Assembly (NCBI GenBank): GCA_964247055.1
Contig: OZ176050.1
Coordinates: 13,144,001 to 13,208,000 of the forward strand
DNA length: 64,000 nt
Reading direction: 5' to 3'
Source: Paragordius varius
Lineage: Eukaryota; Animalia; Nematomorpha
Shown here: piece by piece, positions 55,801 through 64,000 of the stretch
How positions within the stretch are numbered: position 1 is the stretch's first letter
Layout: each line of letters opens with the position of its first letter
Notes under the pieces: generated by a model
What the model saw: the letters and a program-made list of their open reading frames with translations, nothing else
What the model was told of the DNA's origin: nothing
The model's database searches: none
Position numbers and translations under genes: made by a program

Positions 55801-56383
55801 GTGTTTGTCTTTTGAAAAAAATTTTGTCTTTATATTTTAACTTTTTGTCTGTATATTTTCAATTACAACTGTATTTTAATAAATATACCCATGTTTACCA
55901 CAAAATTGTAATAGACAAATTATATAAACCATAAATTGGTAAGATAATCTTTAAATCATTTCTCTGAAGTTTTTCTATAGTTTGAAGTGAATCGTCCACT
56001 ATTTCTAAGAATTTTTGATGGGTCAGTCGTTTGGATTTATCAGTTTTTAATTTATTTCCGAGTAAGTTTGTGCGCTTCAATGCAAAATTCAATTGATTAA
56101 TTTGGGTTTTGTAAGCAAAAGGATTGGTAAAACCTTTAATTGTTTCATTTGCAGGTAGCGTTAAAAGATATTTGACATAATGTGCCAATTTAAGGTATGG
56201 ATCCGTTTTTTCCCAATCAGATTCTGAATAAATCCATGGTTTATGATCTTTTTCTTCTAAATTTTGTTTTGAGGGATAAAAGGAAGATTTTACCTCATAA
56301 TTTAATCCGAAAATCCCTTGAGGTTCAAACAAAATTTGGAATAATAAAATCCAACATATTGGCAATATACTATTTGTAGACAT
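49860..56383 (-). CDS. Secreted animal heme peroxidase (peroxidase-cyclooxygenase superfamily, chorion peroxidase/peroxinectin-like; 854 aa), 14 exons: 56383-55930, 55598-55478, 55218-54944, 54523-54353, 53903-53724, 53617-53516, 53455-53333, 52984-52864, 52493-52281, 52171-51873, 51356-51191, 50777-50602, 50134-50029, 49917-49860
   Basis: Signal-peptide-like N-terminus; YREIDGYCNN; distal His FGQIMDHE; Ca-loop NEITSFIDGSFLYGS; distal Arg/Glu GDKRANE; REHNRIA; proximal His FRFGHS; RAREHGVP; GDRYWYEN; ends LPDINITLWS*. All 13 introns are GT-AG and frame consistent (2565 nt). Confidence 0.93.
50144..50424. mobile_element. CAGTAAAAA-type MITE in peroxidase intron 12
   Basis: Both TIRs are recognisable; one end lies 9 nt from the splice acceptor. 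Confidence 0.78.
54574..54887. mobile_element. hAT-like MITE (YAGGGxTGTxCAAC termini) in peroxidase intron 3
   Basis: TAGGGATGTCCAAC..AAAACACCCCTG. Related copies at ~301-550 and ~37191-37558 (inverted), with partial ends near 24924 and 38335. The 8-bp TSD was not confirmed. Confidence 0.55.
55618..55871. mobile_element. CAGTAAAAA-type MITE filling most of peroxidase intron 1
   Basis: TA|CAGTAAAAATTGAAATTATACGGACAAAACG..TTTCAATTACAACTG|TA. Confidence 0.8.
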
Positions 56384-58150
56384 GTTTTGAATATATAACT
56401 TATAAGGACTAATTAATAACAAGTACTATAATAATAGATAGTGGGATATAAATTTGAGATCAAAAAATATTTAAAAATGGTCAAATTTTAAAGGGAGAGT
56501 GTTTTTATATATAAAGCCTGAACCAATAAGGAGATTACGATAAAATATGTTTATATTTATGATTGATTCTTAGAATACGGTAACATATATTTGCATTGTT
56601 AAAATTGTTTTTCGATTACCTTTTTAAATGATGATTTCTGAGAATTTCTTTGTTTAACCACAAAAGATTAAAAAGTAAGTTTATAAGTGATTGATTTAAA
56701 ATTATATATATCACTTTATAATGTCCCTTTGTATACGTATAAAAAATGTAGGCAACTTTAAGTAAAAATATAATAATAAGTCAATCATGTAATAATTGTT
56801 TATCGTAAAGAAAGATGATGTTTAATATAATACTTTTTATTGGTTTAATAACTGAAAAAAAATATGTAACTTATAAAAAACAAAAATTAAATAATTATTA
56901 GTTAAGAGAGTTTCAAAGATTGTAAAGTTTGGATGTGAGTAATCTTGTTAACCTATTAAGTTATCTTAGTCAATAATGAAGTATTGATTAGTCCCTCCAA
57001 AATCGAAGTTAATCACCTTTCTATAAGCTGCTCCCCGAAATTATTTCAATAATGGCTTGATTGAAAATTATGAAAAATAATATTATGTAATTTTCTTTAA
57101 TTTCGTTTTTTTATTTTTATTTGTTTAGACTTTAATATAATATTTTCCATTTTTTTTTCACCAAATCTTGTAAAAAAATGGAAAGATCGGCGCATTCGTT
57201 TTTATAATTTAGTAATAAATTACAACTGGAAATTACTAAATACAGATGTACCATTTTAAAATTTAATAGACCCCTGAAGTTGAATTAAATTAGGTTATTG
57301 TGTAGCACTCTTAAAATTTTAATCCTAGTTAATTGTCTCCTATTTATTAAAAATATTATGGAAAAATTTTAATCGTATATAAGAATTAGATAGTTAAAAT
57401 TACTTAATAAAGGGGGCGTGAATGTAGTTTAGTTATTGGATTATGTATCGCTGAATGAAAAATTTTTAAATATTCGGTTGAGGTCGTGATACTTTGATGT
57501 GTTGGCTTTCGTTTTAATTTTAATATCTTGATGAAAATATTATACCAGATTTTTACGGTCCTTTTAAGTTTTAGCCTCGTGTCATTAAATGGAAAAAATA
57601 GATAAAATTGCTTTTGATTTTAAATGTGGGCTCTTAAAATTTTAACTTGTTAAAATACTAAAAATGGGATAGTTTTTTCAAATAAATTCCTTTCTTTTGT
57701 ATGATAGATTACGACATTAATAATTTAATTTATTAATGAAAAATATTTGCTTAAAAAATTGAATTTATGGTATTTTCAATCAAGTTGGAAACGGCATAAA
57801 AACACTTGAATGTAATTACACTTTTTCCAATATGCTGTTGTAGATATCTATCACCTCCATCTTTGATCGAAAAATTCATTCGCCTTAAAATATATGTTTA
57901 GAACATATTAAGTTTTCTCGAAAAATCCAAATATAAAAATAAGCTTTTAATCAACTTGAATTGATGAAAATTTTCAGATTTTATAATAAATTGTTTTTAT
58001 AATATCTTTGAATGTTATTTACCCTTTGCCCATGTTTCAAAATACCATTACTTTCAATTGAATGCATTGTATGTATCAATAGAAATCACATATTTAATGA
58101 AATATTAAATGGATTGACGATTTGAGTTTGCACTTCTTTATGTGCCCAGA

Positions 58151-58340
58151 GGCGTGATGGTATAATAGGTAGGGCGCCGGACTCTTACACTGCATGCCAG
58201 AGTTCGAACCCCGAAACTACGCAATTTTTCCATCATCACTGTCAGCCCTGGGCAGGCGAGTGCTAAAGCCTTCACATGTCCGGATACAATTTAAGTCCTG
58301 ACCCTTTAATAAAAAGGGGAAAAGAGACTATAAACTGTCA
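58151..58340 (+). mobile_element. tRNA-derived SINE, copy 1
   Basis: A-box-like TGGTATAATAGG, tRNA-Lys(CTT)-like GACTCTTA and B-box GAGTTCGAACCCC, followed by a ~120-nt non-tRNA body shared with 28008-28187. Confidence 0.75.
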
Positions 58341-58649
58341 TTTTTATTTTTTATCTAAGATCGATGCACCATAATATAAAAAAATTACAATGACTTGCTA
58401 TTTCTTCTTTATGGTTTAAATTTAATACAAAATTTGTCGAACATTAAATGATTGGATTAGGTAAAGCAAAAAAGATTGCTAATTTAACCATTTTTCTGTT
58501 TTTATTATTATTTCTAGATTAATTTTATTTTGACTATAAAATTCTGAAATTATGATAAAAAGTTTTTTGACAAATATCTAAATATTCCAGTTTATTTAAA
58601 ACAATGGACAAAATCGGGGGTGATAAAAAATATCTTGATGAAATAAATA

Positions 58650-60770
58650 TATTTTGATGGAAAAATGTATCAGGATTATAATGGTGCTTTTGGTTTTATC
58701 CCTTACGAGTGTTGTAAGAAAAAAGTTATTTACACTTTTGTGCTAAGTGGTCCATATCAGAAAATGGCAAAAGTTGAACACATTTTTGGTAATATTTTAT
58801 TTAAGAGCTAAATGCTTCATTTTAAAAAATATCACTAAAAAATATCATAACTACTTTTAAAAGCAAAACACTATTTTTATAATATTTTAATTTTTAGATG
58901 TGGGCTCCAAAGGTCCCAAATTTTTTGCACCTCTAAAATGAGCTGGTCTTAGAATAAACACATGATATGCGAAATAAAGTCTTTAAATATATGCTGAATT
59001 TTGACATCAAAAAAATATTTTTAAAAAATGCATATCTTTAGAAAATTTTAATTTTCAGCGAATTTGTTGAAGCGTACTTCCTACTATTTTTAGGCATGAT
59101 AGAAACGGTATAAAAACGCTCTTAATAATTTGATGAAACTGAACGTTTCTATCAGAATCTTAAGTTAAAGTTTCGATTACTTTCATATTTTGGTTTATTT
59201 TTATATAACAACAAATTATATTTGACATAAATTTAAGGCAAACGTTAATCAAAATCTGAGTTTATAGAAATGTTCAACATTATATAGAAAAAGTCTTTAT
59301 ACTAGCGTAAATCTCGTGCTGCTACGCAGCGCGAGGAAGTCCTTCTGACTTCTGGGGGGGGGGGGGGGGGTTATTTGAAAAAAGGGACAATAAAATGATC
59401 TACATATGTGGATTATTTCGAAAAATTATTTAATAGCTATGATCTCATAGGAATCTTAAAACGGTGCATTCATACTAATTTATTGTTTACTTGGGGGAAA
59501 AATAGATTTAAAAAATTATTTTTGTGGACTTTGTTTTTTTTGAAAAAAATGGCATTTTACGGGGGTAGCGGGTAAAAAGAGGGCCTAAATCAAAAAAGTG
59601 AGTCGACTATGTTCAGCGCGATCAAAAATAAGTAAACAAAAATGATATTTGAAATTGAATGGTCCAGCAAGTTCTCCAAAAAATTGACTTAACCCATTTT
59701 TCACACGGGGTGGGCCCAACTGGGGACCTAATTCCAAAAAAGGGCGAAGCTATTGTCGGGGCATTCATTAATGATTATATTTTTTCGATATTTGAATTTG
59801 ATTGCGTTCACCGGTTTTCCGGAAACAGATCACAAAGTTACATGAGAAATCAGTTTTTCGCTGGTAGCTCCTTATCCAGCAGCTATCATCAAAGAAACGC
59901 CTGACTAAAATTTTTACGTAGAATCCATATTGAATTTTTACGGTCTCATACCTAGGGCGACAAATCGATTTTAAAAATTATTTTTGTGGACTTTGTTTTT
60001 TTAAAAAGGTGGCATTTTACGGGGGGAGCGGGTAAAAAGAGGGCCTAAATCAAAAAAGTGACTCGACTATGTTTGGCGCAATCGAAAATAAGTAAACAAA
60101 AATCATATATGAAATTGAATGGTCCAACACGTTCTCCATTCACACGGGTTGGGCCCGAACTGGGGGCCTATTTTAAAAAAAGGGCGAAGCTATTGTCGGG
60201 GTATTTATAATGATTATATTTTTTCGAAGTTTGGATTTGAATGGGTCTACCGTTTTTCCTGTACCAGATCACAAAGCCAGCATTTTTTATTTTTATAAAT
60301 ATATAGATAAAAGCGTTTTTATCGTTTTCATCACACCTAAAAAGGAATAAGTGCAGTCCAACCATGCTAAAAATTAATTGCAAAAAGTGCATTTTGAAAA
60401 AGTATTTTTTTTATGTCAAAATTTAACATTTTAAATAATTTATTGCGCAATCCTAGCATTTTTGCGTTTATTTTAAAAGAACTACCCCATTTGAGAAGAG
60501 CAAAATTTTGGGAATTTCGGAGCTCACATCTAAAAAATGAAATGTTATAAATATAATGTTTTGATTTTTATAGTTAGTTTATGATATATTTTAGTGATAT
60601 TTTTAGAAAGCACTTGACTTTCATGAAAAAATTTAATTACAAAAAAATGTTTTTTTGCCATTTTCTGAGATGAAGCAATTATCAAGTGATTACTTTTTGA
60701 TACCTAAGCCCAAAATTCAAAAGCACCATGAGATTTTTGATACATTTTTCTACCGGAATATGTGCATTTC
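58650..60770. mobile_element. Old foldback/long-TIR element interrupted by the Helitron
   Basis: ~58650-59122 is a diverged reverse complement of ~60310-60770 (e.g. AAAAATGTATC..TGGTGCTTTTG, CAGAAAATGGCAAAA, TTTAGATGTGrGCTCC, AATTTTGACAT). Termini not resolved. Confidence 0.65.
59302..60307 (-). mobile_element. Non-autonomous Helitron (1006 bp) with internal ~460-bp tandem duplication
   Basis: On the minus strand: A|TC 5' end at 60307, CTAG|T 3' end at 59302, and a GC-rich hairpin CTCGCGCTGC-GTA-GCAGCACGAG (59313-59335) 7 nt before CTAG. No TSD. Direct repeats at ~59500-59840 and ~59960-60275. Confidence 0.85.
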
Positions 60771-61230
60771 ATTGTGATATTTTTGTGAGCACTGTGTAAA
60801 TTAATGGTACTCAAACAGCGGACCATGGGCTGGGCTCCCCTAAGAGTGCTTTGTATTGCATTGAATTATTTATTAACATTGACAAATCATCAAATACAAT
60901 CCTTTGAGTCCCAGGCCTGTTTAAAATTAACTTTAAAAATTATGGAAGGAATTGAAATGCAAAATGCACTTATAACATTATAAGGGTCGTCATGTGAGTA
61001 CAGTGACGGTAAGGAGCAAGCCTGTCACACCCTTTTGTGAATACCTAGATGTCCGAAATATAAAAATAATTTATCCAAAAATACTCGATATTTATTATTT
61101 TAAGGTAAACCAAAAGTATAATTTAGTCACCATGACATGTGTGCATTAGCAAAACCACCTTTTCTGTTTCTATCAATTATTATAAGTGATTTTTTGTTTT
61201 AAAATTTAGCTTTTTTCGATTAGAAATTAA

Positions 61231-61809
61231 CACTTCGATTCAAATTGGGGTATCTTAATACCCCAGACTAAATTTGAGTTAGGATTTAAAAAAAAAACTA
61301 CTGAAGGAAACGGTCCCATTTAAATTTATGCTTCTACTCTAATAAAAATTATATAAATATGCCAAAATATCTAAATTAAATATTGTTTTGAAAAAAAAGT
61401 TCCATGTGAAACTACTTCGACGCCATTTTTATTTTTCAAAATTCTCGCAAAATATCGTCTTCATGTAATTTTAAGGGTAAAATTAAAGCTAAATTTGTAT
61501 TTGAATTACATCTAACATTGATAGAAAAAAAGCGGTTTATTTTGTATTATTTTTCAATTTTACCATTGCACACAAGTCACTTTGACGGAATTTTTACCTC
61601 TCGCTTTTAGCTAAAAATAAGTAATACCAAGTATTTTTAAATAAATTTTTTTATATATTTCGGTTTATTAATGTTATATAAGTGCAAAATTTTGCCATGA
61701 TTTTGATTCTTTTTATATTTTTTAAAGAATTTAATTTTAAACAGGCCTGGGGTATCCAACTACCCCAATTTGAATCGAAGGACTGAAATGAATGTGTTGT
61801 ATCCAAGTG
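61231..61809 (+). mobile_element. piggyBac-like MITE, 579 bp, copy 1
   Basis: TTAA|CACTT..AAGTG|TTAA with asymmetric subterminal IR CGATTCAAATTGGGGTA / TACCCCAATTTGAATCG. Confidence 0.85.
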
Positions 61810-61941
61810 TTAAATAAATATTTTGCAAGAATCTCGTAAAATAAAAATGGCGTCGTAGTTTGATATGTTTTCAAAACTAGTTTTATTTAGATATTTTTAC
61901 TTATTTATATAGTTTATATCAGGATAGAAGCATTAAATTAA

Positions 61942-62520
61942 CACTTCGATTCAAATTGGGGTATCTAAATACCCCATACAAAATTTGAGTTAGGATTTTT
62001 AAAAAACTACTGAAGGAAACGGTCCCAATTTAAATTTATGCTTCTATCCTAATAAAAATTATATAAATATGCCAAAATATCTAAATAAAATTTTGTTTTG
62101 AAAAAAAAGCTCCACGTCAAACTACTTGGCCGCCATTTTTATTTTACAAATATTTTACAAAATATCGTCTTCATTTAATTTTAAGAGTAAAACTAAAGCT
62201 AATTATTTAAATAAATTACATTTAACATTGATAGAAATAGAAAAAGCGGTTTATTTTGCATTATTTTTCAATTTTACTATTGTACACATGTCATGTATAC
62301 GAAATTTTTATCTTTCGGTTTTAACTAAAAATAAGTAATATCAAGTATTTTTGAATTAAATTTATATATTTCGGTTTATTTATGATATATAAGTGCAAAA
62401 TTTTGTCATGGTTTCGATTCCTTCCATACTTCTTTAAGTATTTGATATTTAACAGGCCTGGGGTATCCAACTACCACAATTAGAATCGAAGGACAAAAAT
62501 GAGTGTGTTGTATCCAAGTG
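61942..62520 (+). mobile_element. piggyBac-like MITE, 579 bp, copy 2
   Basis: Same termini, TTAA duplication and length as 61231-61809. Confidence 0.85.
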
Positions 62521-63425
62521 TTAAAATGGGACAGTTTCATTCTGTATTTTTTAATAAATATTAACAATATGATTCATAGTTTCCCCTGAATCAGAGTGTT
62601 AATATTTGATTTATGACTAAAAATATCTGTAAATATTACAAACAGCTCAAATATTTTTTGTTTATATGGTGACGGCCCTTGAAACAAATAAATATTTTTA
62701 GCGACCCTTTAAATTTTTTTGGCGAGTACATGATCTAAATTTGGAAGGATTCGAAGCACCAATTTGAAATGGGGCGGCCTGTTTTGGAATATCAATTTTA
62801 TAAGTTGCTTGGGTGACCACGTTACCCTAATTTTTTTATTTTCATGTCCAATTTATATTCTATAAATATATATCGCACAAGATCACAATTTTTGCTTTTA
62901 TTTTAGGGAAGTTCGACACTCTGAAAGGGAACTTAAAAATTTGACTTTCGGAGACCCAACTCTATAATAAAAATTTATAAAATAATATTTATTTATGATA
63001 TAAAAACTTTACCTTTATAAAATTTGAATACTCATACGGTTATTTATATGGAAAAAAAATTCGACTTGCTTTGAATTACTATGAGATCATGATGTATTTT
63101 AAATATATTTTTGAACATGATATTTCTTTCAGACTTCGAATTTGGTTAAATATTTATATAAAATATATAATAAATGTAGAGAATTAAATCATAACTTTAG
63201 TACTTACTATAAACAATATTGGATTTAGAATTCCAATTATTAAGTTAATATAAATGTTTTATATCAATTTAATTAACAAATTTTTAGGATATTTTAGCAA
63301 AACAATTAAATACTTAGCTGATATTAACATGTTTATTTTATATTAACCCAAAAATTAACTGTATACATTTTTTCTGACATATAACCGATTCTAAAACTTT
63401 ATATTCTAAAACCGCAAGTGTTTTA

Positions 63426-63884
63426 ATGTTTGAATTTATACCATATGCTTTTTCTTTAATAATTATTTCGGTGTTAGCGTTATATGAAAAGCCTGTAGAA
63501 AATGACAAGGGGGTAAAAGATGCCACACCTTGTGAAGGTTTGATACTCTTTTAATATAAAAGTTTGTAAATGTATCGCCAACGAGCTTCAAGAACGTATT
63601 GATTTGACTGGAAAAGTTAAAGAAACATTAAAAATTGGTTATAATTTAATGGAAGACTCGACGCATCGCAAACAAAAATATGATACATCGTAAAATGATT
63701 TTGATTTTTCTTTCTTTATATCAATAATTAATGTATTTTTTTGTTTTAGAGAATTACGATATATCGAAATTATGGATGGTGTTTGTAACAAAATCCTAGA
63801 ATACAACGTGCATAAAGAACGGCTTGGGAGTTTGCGATACGCCAAAGGTCAAAGTGAAACCATGAGTACTCTTCATGGATTAAA
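63426..63884 (+). CDS. CNPY4: Canopy family protein, CNPY4-like (5' partial), exons 63426-63537, 63563-63689, 63750-63884; continues beyond window
   Basis: Spliced product MFEFIPYAFSLIIISVLALYEKPVENDKGVKDATPCEVCKCIANELQERIDLTGKVKETLKIGY..SELRYIEIMDGVCNKILEYNVHKERLGSLRYAKGQSETMSTLHGL. It has a signal peptide and the canopy motifs CEVCK and HxERxGSLRYAKGQSxTMxTLxGL as recalled for CNPY3/4. Confidence 0.88.
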
Positions 63885-64000
63885 GTAACACAATCATTTG
63901 TAGTAATTCACATCTGCAATTTATTTTTTATATCTCATGCTAATATATCTTAAGGAAACAATTATAACTCGTTTTAGACATGAATTTTGATCTGATACTA

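Larger units (their letters stand above)
60877..62598 (-). mobile_element. Older inverted copy of the same piggyBac-like family hosting both 579-bp copies
   Basis: Segments 60877-61226, 61814-61937 and 62525-62598 join into one diverged reverse-complement copy bounded by TTAA (60873-76, 62599-602). Confidence 0.72.

Noticed and set aside
58151-58215. Functional tRNA gene
   Set aside because: No closable acceptor or anticodon stems, and homology with 28008-28187 extends well past the tRNA-like head, indicating a SINE.
59659-60392. ORFs 59659-59904 and 60168-60392
   Set aside because: They lie in the Helitron internal duplication or its flank and show no recognisable protein features.

Overview
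Very AT-rich eukaryotic genomic DNA, most plausibly from an invertebrate animal; the species cannot be determined from the window. Manual exon stitching (every junction checked for GT-AG and frame) gives six supported genes. (1,2) A divergently transcribed paralogue pair (minus 14634..5365, 881 aa; plus 20944..24190, 451 aa). Each has a DSGYFS phosphodegron, a CxxC..CxC motif, a canonical BH3 motif and a Trp-rich hydrophobic tail, making them candidate Bim/Bmf/EGL-1-type BH3-only proteins. (3) An RSRC1-like SR protein (plus 30519..39143) missed by the ORF track because its first two introns are only 24 and 23 nt. (4) A 7-exon opsin with retinal-binding Lys and a very long ICL3 (minus 47317..41176). 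(5) A 14-exon secreted heme peroxidase (minus 56383..49860). (6) The 5' part of a CNPY4-like gene (plus, from 63426) with a 25-nt intron. A seventh, orphan gene near 1.7-2.5 kb is possible. The rest is mostly non-autonomous mobile DNA: a 4.2-kb RTE-derived palindrome inside an intron, a MITE with 21-bp subterminal arrays, Tc1/mariner- and hAT-like MITEs, two tRNA-derived SINEs, a Helitron inside a foldback element, and piggyBac-like MITEs nested in an older copy of themselves. The strongest leads are obligatory 23-25-nt micro-introns with an atypical GTT donor and the BH3-only gene pair.
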